64,000 nt of DNA from Octopus vulgaris (taxonomy: Eukaryota): assembly GCA_951406725.2 (NCBI GenBank), contig OX597826.1, positions 52,886,001 to 52,950,000 on the forward strand, in the 5' to 3' direction. Below are positions 41,004 through 55,646 of the stretch, piece after piece; the first letter of the stretch is position 1, and each line of letters starts with the position of its first letter. The position numbers and the translations under genes are program-made. Below the pieces are notes generated by a model. It did no database searches and was not told the origin of the DNA. It worked only from the letters and a program-made list of their open reading frames with translations.

Positions 41004-42635
41004 ACGTGCATATGAAGGACCGAACGACTTCCGCATAGCTTCTATCACTTAAACTCCATTCTCCAAAAGCTGGTTACGCTGACTGTATGATAGAATACAT
41101 TTTCCAAACGGCAATGATATCGAAGCCGGAATCACTAGTCACAAAAGAGCCCCACACTCGCGCATGCACTCATCCAGAGTTTAGTGATTTAACATCATTA
41201 AATCTTTAGAAGTTATAAAATGTTGAATCAATCAAATTCTATCGACACAGACAATGCGTTTTGATATAAACGGTAAAGAGATTCGGAATTATAATAGCTA
41301 ATGTATTATAGCGTTGCCTTGCCTGGGGTCCTCTACTTCTGCAAGAGTCGTAGAGGTACCGTCTTATTTTACGGCCTGTCTGGAGCACCCTTACTTCTCC
41401 AGATTTAACCAGAGGCGATTGCTTCCAGAGAGAAAGGAAATGCAGATTGGACCCAATAGTAAATAATTTGTCGACCCCTAACAGATAAAAGACAAAGTTA
41501 GCCTCTGCAGTATTTGAACTCACAATGCAGGGAGTGAGAACGAATACTGCAAGACAATTTATCCGACGCTCTAATGATTCTTCCAGTTGGTCCACACCCT
41601 CCACCCAGTGTCTTATAGACGGAGGAGTTAAATTTCATATCTTATCATCAAATCTCTTGAAATATTAATAACCAAGAGATTTAACACGTAAATACAAATC
41701 CAGATTTATGCATCTCAATACATCCTCTAGGGTTTACATAATGCGATCCAGTCAAATGCTATATCAATAGAAGGCTAAAATCAACTTTAGTTGTATTCGG
41801 ACGCTTGTTCAAGAGGAACGGAACTGTGGTCAGGAATGTTGTCAAGCAATCTATAAAGAAATATTGATTTTTAACATGGATACAAGGAATCAGTTCTTAC
41901 TGGGGGAATAATTGATTAATCGACACTTATTTTGATAGCTCGAATAGTGAAAAGAAACGTTGACACGAGCTGGATTTCAATACAGAATCAAAAAAAGACA
42001 TAATCAAGTATAACAAGACACGTTGTTATGTTCTCCTCGATGCATATCAAAACACGATGTTTGATGCTCCTCCGTGTGTAACACCTACCTTCTATAATAA
42101 AATACCGGTTTGTAGCATTTGCATAAGACCTCAAATTTGAAGGTGTATAAAAGCAATCAAAATTCCTGTACTTAAATACTACTTTCTTTAAGCGATCATA
42201 GTAAAATGAAAGGCAAATGTAAACTCAACGGGTTTTGAAGTCAGACCATTAAGGTCCGTAGCTAAAAATTTCAAAGCATTTTCTCCGACACTCTAGAGAG
42301 TCTCTGACCGATTGATTAACTGGCTGAATGACAACTGGATTAGCAAGAATCGTTAGAACCTATTTAGTGACGGACTTCTATGCTTGGTGTTTACATCCTA
42401 ATGAAATTGAATTTACCTGATATCCTTCGAAGTTCGACGAAAGAAATTACTAGTAAAATACTAGAGTATTTGATCGGGTAATAGTTCTCCCAAACTTCTC
42501 GGTCTTGTTGCTATATTAGAAGTGATATCATTAGCATTATTTCCGCTAAAGTATTCTTTGACGTTCATCTTTCAGAGATCAATTAGAGGCAGTATCAACA
42601 GAGTAAAGAGTCGATTTTATCAATTTTTTCATCCT

Positions 42636-42689
<54 letters not shown>

Positions 42690-42692
<3 letters not shown>

Positions 42693-42888
42693 ATCCAAAC
42701 AAGAAAGCACAAAAAAACACAACAACGCGAGGACGTGGAACAAATATAGTATTATTGGACGCTCAGGAAAGAAGGAAGGTTTAACGTTTCGAGCGGAGCT
42801 CTTCGTCGGAAACATAGGAGAAGGAAAGATCCAATGAAGGGAAGACAGAGGAAAAAAAATCGCCAACGGTACACACGAGGTCACATTT
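42690..42888 (-). mobile_element. Penelope-type terminal repeat with hammerhead-like motif at 42779-42813
   Basis: Minus strand GTTT-CCGACGA-a-GAGC tcc GCTC-GAAA-CG-TT-AAAC; abuts (TA)n. Confidence 0.55.
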
Positions 42889-43164
42889 TTATGTTACCAT
42901 TATACAATAGTCAAGATAAAACTCTGAGTTTCAGATGCCGAAGTGGAAAACCACTATAAGTCACTAATATCAGTAAATTTTCACTTCTACATTTTTAGAT
43001 AAAAAATCAAATATGAGGTCATGTTTGCATATGGTGACGATAACATTTTTACTATTTGTTGTAGTTATTGTTATTGTTGTCCAACCCTTCTTCAAGCTCG
43101 ATAGTCAGCATCATAATGTAAGGCATACCAGTCGTGACCAACTCTTTTTTCATCCTTAGAAATA

Positions 43165-43362
43165 TTGATTTCAAATTTTGGCACAAGGCCCGCAATTTCG
43201 GAGGAGGAGATTATTCGATTACAACATCGACTCCGTGTTCGACAGGTACTTAATTTATCGATCCCGAAAAGACGAAGGGCAAAGTCGACCTCGGTGAATT
43301 TTGAACCTTTGTGGCTAAGCATTTCGCCCGGCGTACTAACGATTCTGCCTGCTCACCGCCTC
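43165..43362 (-). mobile_element. SINE family A, diverged
   Basis: GGCACAAGGCC...GGCAAAGTCGACCTCGG...CATTTCGCCCGGCG. Confidence 0.8.
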
Positions 43363-44348
43363 TATCTTTAGAAATTTTGAACTAAAATTACATTATCCAA
43401 TGCGTGTCTCCTTTTATGAAGTTGCAGTATGACAGTTATTCCCACAAGGCTCCTCCATTGACCATACGTACTTTACAATAAAATTTGTGATTGTTCAGTT
43501 GAAAGCAATATTATACCAGTGCAAGTGATTCAATTGATTGAATTTTCTCAATTAGTATCACAAGTGGATGGATGATCAAATCTACTGAGTGCCTCTCTAC
43601 AATTTTGAGTTCAATTACTGAGATTAGAAAGTTATACCTAAATATATTTCCGTAATCCAGACTACTTCAGAATTAATTGATACACATGCAAATCATAGTA
43701 TCTAACAGTTATAACAATCGGCTGTCGGCAAATATTTGGGGTCACTACTAATAGAATGTTAATATGTGATTGAAAATCTACCCATGCGACCGCTCATTTG
43801 ATTGATTAATGTTCGTTGCTTTTATGCATTAACTGTAGACATACAAGCACAGACATACACAGACATACACATCATTCACATTGGCATACATGCATAGACA
43901 TACAAAGACATATATACGTATATATACATACAGACATCGATACATGCATTCATACGTGTGTGTGTATGCGTGTGTGTATGTGTGTGTGTATGTGTTTGGG
44001 TTTGTGTTTGTGTGCGTTCATGCGTAAAACACTTTACTCTGAAGCATATTTATATTTTGTTATATCTCTTGAGGGTCATCATGCCAATAATAAATACATG
44101 CACAGGTTCACTTTCACTTCTTATTATTTACTTGTGAATTGGATAACTATATAAAAAAAATTGAATAATTGATTGTTCGATTAATCGTTCGTTTAATCAA
44201 TCAGTTAAATTTGTCAAATTCCTTTCGTCGACTGTTGTGCTCATATCATTGATCTCATCAGTGATCATTCGCGATCTTATCTCTATACCAGTTCTGCTTC
44301 AAGTCAGCCTAACAGTTTGTATGTTCTATATTTCTGTAAATGATTCTA

Positions 44349-44580
44349 AAGACGGCGAGCTGGCAGACACGTTAGCGCGCTGGGCGAAATGCTTAGCGGT
44401 ATTTCGTCTGTCGTTACGTTCTGAGTTCAAATTCCGCCGAGGTCAACTTTGCCTTTCATCCTTTCGGGGTCGATAAATAAAGTACCAGTTTCGCACTGGG
44501 GGCGATATAATCGACTCAATCCCTTCGTCTGTCCTTGTTTGTCCCCTCTATGTTTAGCCCTTCTGGGCAGTAAAGAAATA
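44349..44580 (+). mobile_element. SINE family A
   Basis: GACGGCGAGCTGGCAGA...GAGTTCAAATTCCGCCGAGGTC.ACTTTGCCTTTCATCCTTTCGGGGTCGATAAA. Confidence 0.9.
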
Positions 44581-45016
44581 TATATTTCTGTAGTTGTATG
44601 GGCATGAGCGAGAATGCTGATGAGAGGGGCAACGAGTGAGAGAAAAAAAAAGTGCATGTTAGTGTGTGTGGAAGGAGAATAGTGTTCGATCATGCGTGTG
44701 TACACACAGGTGTGTGCGTGTGTGTGTGTGTGAGAAAGAGAGACAGAAAGGATGCACGTCACGTTAGTGTGGTATAGTTGACTGTGTAAGTAGACCGGAA
44801 AGAGCATGTGTGCGTATGTCTGCGTGAAGGTATATATGTCTACGAGTTCTTGTATTTGAGTCGACGTGTGCGTATGGCATGGATTTCGCAAAAGGATAGG
44901 ATAGAAAACATTTTCCCTTTTTTTTATATCTTTATTTGTTTTATGGCTCGTCCTTTTATCTTCTTTACGGGACCTTGTGTTCGTGTGCGTGTTTGTTCCT
45001 GTGTGTATGTGTCTGT

Positions 45017-45078
<62 letters not shown>

Positions 45079-45664
45079 ATGAACCTCAGCGCGTGGGTGT
45101 ACGTATATAGTCTAGCTGTGTTATTTGTTTGACTTATTTCCTCATGCTACTTGAAGTTACGTGGACCTGCAATCATGTTTATTTCTACGTTTATTTCTAT
45201 ACGTGTGCGTGTACATTTCTGTGGTTGTGTTAAGTGTGTATATGAATATGTATCTGTGTGCTTGTGCGCGTGTGTGTATGTATGCGTGTGTGTGTGTGCT
45301 TGTATAAACTGTGTGTATAAACTGCTTGTATAAACTGTGTGTGTGTGTGTGTGTGTTTGTGTAAATTGTGTGCCAGTATAAATATTTTACGCATAGCGAT
45401 ACTACTAATTAATTCTTAGAACTCGATAAACATGCTGAGCATGTATGGGAGAGGCTGCCAGGAATATAATGAAAAGCATGGACACTTCATCTTATATTAC
45501 AATAACTCGAAGAAATAAGAAGTTTAAGTACTGATCAACTCCTACACATTCAACTCATATACTTCCAAACACGCACAATACACACAGATGTAATACTTTA
45601 GCAGAGTGATGGTGGTGGTTCTACAGCCTTTAAATTTTAACATTATTTACTATTATTATTATTC

Positions 45665-46092
45665 CTTCGTAACGCAGAGTAGGTAAAATGCACTGGAGTC
45701 TTTAGTCATCTGTCAAGTCAAAACAAGACCCCCAGAGAGATAATACTTTCTTTAAGATATGCGTTGTGCCCAACAAGGCTGCTTTTTGCAAGACATCATT
45801 CTTGCTTGGGATTTCCAGTTGCCTTAAGTAGTCTTGAAGTTTCAACGGGATTGAAACCCAACGCTCCGACCACCACTGGTATCACTTTTACATTACCTTT
45901 TCGCATTCTATACAATCTTGCAATTTCAACTTTCAGTTCGGAGTACTTGGTGATTTTTTCCAACCTCTTTACTCACAGTATTCATGTCATTTGGTATGGC
46001 TATATCAATGATCTGACAGTATTTGTCTCTCTTATTCAATATGACAATATCCGTCCGACGGTGTTCAATTACACGATCAGTCTGAAATTATA
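45665..46092 (-). pseudogene. R4/Dong-type (restriction-like endonuclease) LINE 3' end in (TAA)n
   Basis: FQTDRVIEHRRTDIVILNKRDKYCQIIDIAIPND...KITKYSELKVEIARL...VIPVVVGALG; ATT repeats on both sides. Confidence 0.85.
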
Positions 46093-46114
46093 TCATATTA
46101 TTATTATTATTATA

Positions 46115-46173
<59 letters not shown>

Positions 46174-46721
46174 ATGATCGTTTCCATTCATTTATTAGTG
46201 TAATCTCTCGTAACTGTCGTAAAGATGCGTCTTATGTATGTATCGGAAGTATCTTTACACCAGCGTTATTAAGCATTCGGTCATGTTTATTCAATGCTTG
46301 CTGGTAGCGTGCCGAACTACCTTTCTTATCAGAGTATGCATTCCAGTTGCCCTGCATACTTTTCATTACATTCCTGAGAGTGTCTCCCATATATATTCAA
46401 TATGTGTATTGAGTTTTTAGGAATTAAGTATTTGTATCGCTATGCTGAAAATATATATATACAGGTATACAATATATATATACACACACACACACACATT
46501 CACACACACATTCACATACGCATAAATTCCGTATCGATTGTGGTCAGACGTGAAGAGAGATGCCCTCTGCGAAGTCTAAAATAAAGTAGGTGTACCATAT
46601 GGAACGACGGCACTCTTTCCACACCACTGAAGAATTAAAGAGGTAGAGAATGACCTGGCATATATGTATGTTTGCATGCGAGCAGGTGTGTGCGTGTGAG
46701 ATGGGATACTTGCGTGTTTGT

Positions 46722-46762
<41 letters not shown>

Positions 46763-46836
46763 GCGTGTGTATATACAATTACAATTCACAAAAGCCAAAA
46801 TAACATCACACATTACAATTACAAAATAATGTCAAA

Positions 46837-47454
<618 letters not shown>

Positions 47455-48611
47455 ATATAGTATTCAAATAAGTTATACAGCAAATGTTGTGGAAAAGATT
47501 GGTAACAGATTATGAATAAAGAATTCCCTCTCCGCAACCCTTCCCAAATGATTTTCTCTCTCTTACACAGGACAGTCTTTTTCATTTATTTTTAAATTAT
47601 TCAGGCAGTTTAACATAGCACTTAACCGGGAAAGAAGTAAATGAAAACTAGAGATGTAATCAAAAGATTTTACTCTTCATTGGCTCTTTCACGAGAAAAT
47701 ATTTTTTAGGTGGAATCAACGAATTAGTTCATTTAAATAAGGAGGAAGGAGGGGGTGGAAAAGCTGTGAATGGATTGTGTTAGAGGTTGCTCGCTTATAG
47801 TTGTAAATAAGTGATATGTTGCGAGAGACGTATATCATAGTTGGAGATGTTCACTTTTAAACACACAGCACAAACACACACACACACACACACAGACACA
47901 CACATACGAACATGCACACACACACACGCGAACATACATGAACACACACACAGACACACGCACACATTGGACTTGATTTACTACAGCCTTACCACACAAC
48001 AAACAGCAAACAGTGTGCAGTCTTAGGAGAGAATGGAAAGTTCTTATACATATTTATATCGATTTCAATTGTGCTTTGTAGTCGGATTTACAATATCGGA
48101 TTAGTGGTGTTAAGAAAATGGTTTAAGAATTAATAGCGCTGCTAATAAGAGATTCTTCCCAGCAAGAGTAATAGTAGTACTATTGACAAATCACCATAAC
48201 CAATTCCAGCAGGTGAGTGCTGCAAGTCATACGTAAGTTTCACAGAATTTTCCTGAACTGATTTCGTCTTGTTTTATTTAATGTTGATATAAAAACACAG
48301 TATAATATTTTTTTTTATTTGAGGGCGGGGGGTGGGGGGTAGGTGAAGGATTCTTTCAGCAGGCACACAGATTTCTAAACACAAAAGCTCTACCCTCTCA
48401 CACGTAAACACATGTATTCAACATTTTAGAATTTGTGTTTATAACCGAGTGTCAAAACCACATGTGCATGTGGGTATACACATGGACACACTTATAATGT
48501 GTATGTATATAAATTCACACACACACACACACACACACACTTGCACACATAGTATATACATACGTATATGTATAAATGATATCTTGTAACTGTAATGTTT
48601 TTCGGAGTGTG

Positions 48612-48647
<36 letters not shown>

Positions 48648-48758
48648 GTATATATATATATGTATAAATATATATATATATATATATATACGCACATACA
48701 TAGGTAAGGACATAAGTATATATGTGTATATATATATACATGTATCATGTATCATACA

Positions 48759-48803
<45 letters not shown>

Positions 48804-48846
48804 TACATGTATTTAATCGTACAAAACATACATACATACATATATG

Positions 48847-48929
<83 letters not shown>

Positions 48930-49177
48930 TAAGTTGAGGAAAAAGTTCGTGCGCCGTGTTAAAATAATGCTTCGCTATATATTTTTATGGTGTGTGTTCA
49001 TTTTAAAAAAACGCACAAACTTTTTCCTCAACGTAGTGTATATACATATGTATATCTATATGTATATGTAAATACACACCCACACCCACACACACACATA
49101 CCCACACAGACGCACATATATATATATAATATATATGTGTATATGTATATATATATGCGTTTTGTGTGTATATATAT

Positions 49178-49214
<37 letters not shown>

Positions 49215-49224
49215 TTATTTCTTT

Positions 49225-49395
49225 TATTCTTTTAGTCTTCTACTTGTTTCAGTCACTTGGTTGCGGCCATGCTGGAGCAATGTCTTTAGTCGAACAATTC
49301 GGCCCCAGGTCTTATTTATTGTAAGCCTAGTACTTATTCTATCGGTCTCTTTTGCGAAGCGCTAGTTTACTGGGATGTAAACACCACCACAGCCA
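49225..49395 (-). mobile_element. SINE family B 3' half
   Basis: ACTTGTTTCAGTCACTTGGTTGCGGCCATGCTGGAGCA...AGCCTAGTACTTATTCTATCGGTCTC. Confidence 0.8.
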
Positions 49396-49465
49396 TAGTT
49401 TTATATTTTATGTATATATATATATATACATACGCATGTACATACATGAACATATATAGCCATGC

Positions 49466-49574
<109 letters not shown>

Positions 49575-49579
49575 ACCAC

Positions 49580-49750
49580 TAAATCTACAAGTTTATTTCA
49601 TTCTCTCTGCTTATTTTCTCTTATTCCTTTCTGAGGAAGAGCGTAGGCCCGAAACGTAAAACAGCTCTTCATTTTCCCCTGTGTCAAACTAATACACCTA
49701 CTTCTTCTTAATACACCTATCTTCGTCTTTTGCTTATCTATAAATTTCAG
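49580..49750 (+). mobile_element. Penelope-type terminal repeat with hammerhead-like motif at 49628-49661
   Basis: TTT-CTGAGGA-a-GAGC gtag GCCC-GAAA-CG-TA-AAA; homologous to the reverse complement of 56280-56460; sits between (TA)n runs. Confidence 0.55.
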
Positions 49751-49919
<169 letters not shown>

Positions 49920-50105
49920 CATATATATATACATATAAATATATATATATACATATATATATAGACACATATGTGTATATATATATACACATATATAAAT
50001 ACATATATATTTTTATAGGCCTATACATACATACAGATATATATACATATATATAGACCTATATATATATACATACACACACACGCATATATAGTTATAT
50101 GTGTG

Positions 50106-50154
<49 letters not shown>

Positions 50155-50562
50155 GTATATATATATAAACACCTGTACATATGTGTTCTTGTCGTCGCAT
50201 TGTTTTTCCAAGTGTGTGGATTGTCACTAATTGTTTTTCTAAACAGTTTTATATGAAATTTGTCACAACTACATAACAGTTGCTATATTATAAAGCTTTT
50301 TCTCTAGATTTCTTTTCTAGCCGTACTTATTAAACTAAGCGTATGTCTTTCTGTTTGCCTGACTGTCTGTCTGTTTTCCTCGCTATCTCTCTCTCTCTCT
50401 CTTTCATTCTCTCTTTCTCTCTCTCGCCCTTTCTTTGTCTTCTTTTCGTGTTAAAAACCCTCACATACACGTATATAAATATAAATGTTTATACGTATAT
50501 ATATATATATATATATATATCCTCAAATCTATATATTTGTGGAACCATATGTGTGCACGTAT

Positions 50563-50836
<274 letters not shown>

Positions 50837-51112
50837 CAAAAGTTCGACACAGTGCTCATATTAGAGTCTGGTAGGCGTAGGACGCATCCACCTCATCAGA
50901 GGTTCGCAGGAAGGCTGTGTCTCCAATCATCTGACTAACTGTACTTCTACGCCCACGAAACTTTGAATAACATGAAGCTTTCAAACTGCTATTAAATGCA
51001 TATGACTAAAGAAATGTGCTGAGCTAGTTTAACCAGTCTTATATATGTGTGTGAGTGTGTGTGCATTTCAACGTGAAATTTATATATATATGCATATGTG
51101 TATAGGTTTGCG

Positions 51113-51252
51113 TTGGAGTTTTGTGGTTAAGAAACTCACTTCCACAGCCACAACCATATGGCCTTGAGTTCAGTCCTCCTGTGCGGCACCTTGTGCATGT
51201 GTCTGCTACTACAGCTTATCAAAGGGTCGCTAGTGGATTTGATGCAGATCTA

Positions 51253-51285
<33 letters not shown>

Positions 51286-51420
51286 GTATCTATGTATCTA
51301 TCTATCTATCTATCAATCTTTCTGTCTGTCTGTCTGCCTCACTCTCTTTCTCTTTGTATATATATATATATATGTGTGCGTGTGTCTGTGTGTGTGTGTG
51401 TGTGCGCGTGTGTGTATGTA

Positions 51421-51454
<34 letters not shown>

Positions 51455-51580
51455 TCCATATTTGTGTCTCATTGCATCACACTTGACAAACGGTGTTGTT
51501 TTAAGTGCCCGTAACTTAGCGTTTCATTACAGAAACCGAAACAGCATGGCCGTAGTCCAATGACTGAAACAAGTAAAAGC
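51113..51580 (+). mobile_element. SINE family B, diverged
   Basis: TGTGGTTAAG...GTTCAGTCC...GGCACCTTG head; tail CAGCATGGCCGTAGTCCAATGACTGAAACAAGTAAAAG. Confidence 0.7.
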
Positions 51581-52285
51581 TAAACGTTATGTTTATTGCC
51601 TTAGTGCTGAACAGTACACATCGTGATATTAATACCAGCCCTCCGACAAAATTCCCTATCATGTTTTAAGGGTTGTTCAAAAATTGTAAAAAGACAGGTC
51701 AGAGTATCAGACTGGAGGAATTGTTAGAGCGTGGCACAAATGTATATACGTGTTCTGTTTCTGTCCATTCCGTGTTCAAGTCACGTTCAGAATCCCATCT
51801 CAACGACGACGATAACAACAACAATAATAATAATAAATATTCTGCTCAATACCACATATTTGCTTGTCAGTTGTTTGACCATAACCAGTTGACCATGTCC
51901 CTTAGTGGCTGACGATATGTGCATCTCTGATCACGAGCAGAAGTAGTGGGGGAGCATCATATCCATGTGTTGAAAAGAATTCTTAGAGGTTTGGATAATT
52001 CATCTTTGGAAACATGGGTGTTTCGTTCAACATCCTTAAGCAATCCTTATTCAGGGACCTTTTGAGCGGGATGGGCTACTCGACCAGAACAAAATTCTAA
52101 ACTGCAAGGTCATGCGCTGTTTATCTTGATATGAGATCACCATGTCGCGCACATATGGTTGTGATGCATGTGCCTGGTGTACTCTTATCAGACGGGTAGT
52201 CATGATTGGTATACTGGGCTTCGTATATTTTACTCCAGTGTTACTTTGATGGCATGCACTGCTCTCTCACTCAATAATAATAGTA

Positions 52286-52595
52286 ATGATAGTTGATAAA
52301 ATGACGAAGGAAACGAATACCATTGACATTGCTCTACCTAAAGATGTGCTACTGGATGACAAAGTGCTAAAACTGACCGAAAATTGTAGAACACAAAAAC
52401 ATGAGATTGTACGAATGTGGACAATGAAGAAAGCAATTGCCATCTCCGTAGTTATAGGGACAATGGGAGCATTAATAGCCAGATTTGAGAAAACTGTTAC
52501 AGAAATTGGGATTGACATGAGGGTAGAGAATGCTCAGAAAACTACTCAGTTGCGGCTAGCTAGTACTCAGGTGTTAAGGATCGTGGAAAGAGAGC
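52286..52595 (+). pseudogene. R4/Dong-type LINE endonuclease C-terminal fragment
   Basis: IVDK...IDIALPKD...EIVRMW.MKK...VVIGTMG; preceded by AAT repeats. Confidence 0.75.
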
Positions 52596-52608
52596 CTGTG
52601 AGATGTTT

Positions 52609-52648
<40 letters not shown>

Positions 52649-53366
52649 ACACACAAACATACGCACGCGCACACTCACACACTCACACACGCAAACATAC
52701 ATATGTTGATTAAAACTTCGTCAGAAGTCACAACCGTCAGAAAGAATCAAGAATGGAGAAGCGAAGGCATAGTTCCCTTCTTTTAATCGACATGTGTGTG
52801 TATGTGTGTGTGATTGTCCAAGGATCTCACAGGCTCTCTTACAGAAGTGACCCGACCAAATAAAATCAAGCTCTGAGAAACGAATTGGAAATATTATTAT
52901 TGATTTCCAATTTTGGCACAAGGCCAGCAATTTCAGGGGAGGGCTATATGAATTGCATCGAATGGTACTTATTTTAGCAACGCCCAAAAGATAGAAGGCA
53001 AAGTCGACCTCGACAAAATTTCAATGGAAGTGATATTAAACTCTATACAAAAGTTGGTAAAGCAACTGCCAGAAGTCGCAACCGTCAGAGAGAGTCAATA
53101 ATGGAGAAAGGAAAGCATAGTTTCCTTATTTTAATCGACATATGTGTGTATGTGTGTGTGTGTGAGTGTGTGTATACACATGCATATATATACGTATAGA
53201 CATATATATATATAGACACACACACTTATATACACAAGCACATATACACACACTCACATGCTCACACAAATGCACACACACACACTTACACACATATACT
53301 ATACATACATATATGTATATATATATATATATATACGCGAGAATGAAGCAACAAGAATGGATAGGT

Positions 53367-53457
53367 TTTTAGTACAATCGTTTCATACAAGGACAGGTTT
53401 TATTAAAAGTTGCAAAAATTACAGCATATAAACGTGTCCCGTACTCATCAGCTAAAA
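53367..53457 (-). ncRNA. type-I hammerhead ribozyme candidate (inverted copy)
   Basis: Reverse complement of 54126-54216. Confidence 0.75.
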
Positions 53458-54125
53458 TACATGTGAGTTCTCTAGACATCCTAGTGGTTGAGGCTATACT
53501 CATGAAGTAATGTAGATAATTAAGTAACATAAACAGATTTCAAAAGTTCATTAAAGTTCTTTAAAGATGATGTACAGTCTTATCACAGAATTTTAAAAAA
53601 GTCCTAATAGCATCACAGAGAAGGTGACCTAATCCATAGTGCACATATGAATTTCCAGAGATATGATGAGGGATTACATACTCACAGAAGACAAATTTAT
53701 CCATTGTTAATTACAACGAGGTGGGTTTCAATTCCTGCTTATTAGCATTACAGAGAGTGAATTAATCCTTTGTATAGATGCACAATTTCCAATGGTGTAG
53801 GTGTAAATTTCCAAGGAATTTCATATTCACAGGCGATAAATTTATCAATGGTTGAACACAATGAGGTAGGTATCAATTCTTGCTATATGATTAGGTATTT
53901 GCCACATTAATCACATTACTGCTATTTACAATTCATATGTGCACTATGGATTAGGTCACCTTCTCTGTGATGCTATTAGGACTTTTTTAAAATTCTGTGA
54001 TAAGACTGTACATCATCTTTAAAGAACTTTAATGAACTTTTGAAATCTGTTTATGTTACTTAATTATCTACATTACTTCATGAGTATAGCCTCAACCACT
54101 AGGATGTCTAGAGAACTCACATGTA

Positions 54126-54216
54126 TTTTAGCTGATGAGTACGGGACACGTTTATATGCTGTAATTTTTGCAACTTTTAATAAAACCTGTCCTTGTATGA
54201 AACGATTGTACTAAAA
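54126..54216 (+). ncRNA. type-I hammerhead ribozyme candidate with canonical core and long stem-loop II
   Basis: TTTTAG-CTGATGA-GTACGGGACA...(~40 nt)...TGTCCTTGTAT-GAAAC-gatt-GTA-CTAAAA; predicted cleavage after 54210. Confidence 0.75.
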
Positions 54217-54363
54217 ACCTATCCATTCTTGTTGCTTCATTCTCGCTTATAATCACCCCACATTACTGTATTGTTAAATCAGTATAGTTTTTTTTGGTGC
54301 ATCTAAGTTAGGTACCATATTCAAGTAAATTCATTTAAATTAACTTGAATCTTTATTGCTTTT

Positions 54364-54458
<95 letters not shown>

Positions 54459-54459
<1 letters not shown>

Positions 54460-54743
54460 GGCGCAATGGCCCAGTGGTTAGGGCAGCGGACTCGCGGTCG
54501 CAGGATCGCGGTTTCGATTCCCAGACCGGGTGTTGTGAGTGTTTATTGAGCGAAAACACCTAAAAGCTCCACGATGCTCCGGCAGGGGGTGGTGATCCCT
54601 GCTGTACTCTTTCACCACTCTTTCTTCTGCTGGCCAGCTCGCTTAGCCAGCGGGGTGGCGTCATTCGAAGGCTAAAAAACAATGCGAACGCCTTGTGACC
54701 AGCGATGTATAACAACATCTGATGGTCTGGTCGGTCACGTGAT

Positions 54744-54750
<7 letters not shown>
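54459..54750 (+). mobile_element. tRNA-derived SINE family C
   Basis: GGCGCAATGGCCCAGTGGTTAGGGCAGCGGACTCGCGG...GGTTTCGATTCCC head (A and B boxes), then a non-tRNA body and tail into (TA)n. Confidence 0.85.
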
Positions 54751-54782
<32 letters not shown>

Positions 54783-54799
54783 GTTCACAGATGAGATCC

Positions 54800-55330
54800 A
54801 GATGTCTCCGTAAAGAAGACATTGAGTAGTGCTCAGAATATTCAAACTTAGACTCTGATGTCTTTAGAACGAATCATCCCACAAGGTAAATAAAAGCTAT
54901 AAGAGGGATCAAGTTGAGAGGGTATAGAAGCAATTATGTGGATCAACAAATTAGAATCATCATCTATATTATATATATCAAATAGATGAAATGCAACACA
55001 TGTAGACGAATATAAACATAGATATTTATCTTAATAGGTCCAACTTACACAGAGTAAAAACAACAGAGACATTTGAACTTATTTGCATTAAGATCTGAAA
55101 AAGTAAGATCCTCTCTACCCTGATGAGGGAGGCTCGTCGCATCCTATGTTAATTGCATCCATACGGCCCCATATTGTGATGAGCTAAATCTATTAACATT
55201 ATCATGGATTCCGAGTCCCCAGAAATTGCTGTTGGACTTATAACACCTTTCTTCCAGCTCTTTAATTTCCTCTGTCATTTGTACTCCGACTAAGTCGGAC
55301 ATATTAACATAAATATCTATAGATTTAGAC
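54800..55330 (+). mobile_element. Penelope-like 3' remnant with degenerate hammerhead-like motif (55117-55235)
   Basis: EAIMWINKL-like C-terminal residues near 54925-54955; CTGATGA-GGGAGGCTCG...CGAGTCCCC-a-GAAA. Confidence 0.4.
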
Positions 55331-55563
55331 GTACAAATTCATCTTCTGAAAGTTTCCACCTTTTGCATGGATACATATATACATATATATACATATTTTG
55401 TATTTGATGTATTTAATATATTTAATATATTTGATGTGTCTACTTTGTTTTTCCACATAATTGCCTATATGTACATATATATATATATATATATAAAAGT
55501 TCAAATAAAGGTTACAAATTTGAACAAGTAGGAATATGAACACCTAATTGTATATCTTTAGCC

Positions 55564-55646
55564 AACTCTGACGAGATTCGACTTTTAAATGGTTTTAATT
55601 ATGGTAATTAATTTATAGAGGTCAGGAATCGAAACAGATGTCTGAG
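55564..55646 (+). ncRNA. hammerhead-like motif with long stem II and poor stem I
   Basis: CTGACGA-GATTC...GAATC-GAAAC-agat-GTC; stem I not well paired. Confidence 0.45.

Larger units (their letters stand above)
53337..54365. mobile_element. foldback Penelope-type element with ~316-bp inverted arms (53337-53652 / 53930-54246)
   Basis: No arm differences seen by eye; each arm carries a hammerhead; (TA)n on both flanks. Confidence 0.9.

Noticed and set aside
52719-53160. ~90-bp direct repeat (52719-52810 / 53070-53160) resembling LTRs
   Set aside because: No TG...CA ends, primer-binding site or coding interior; a diverged local duplication around a SINE fragment
54459-54530. Possible tRNA gene
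   Set aside because: Acceptor stem does not close and the sequence continues into a SINE body with no T-run terminator
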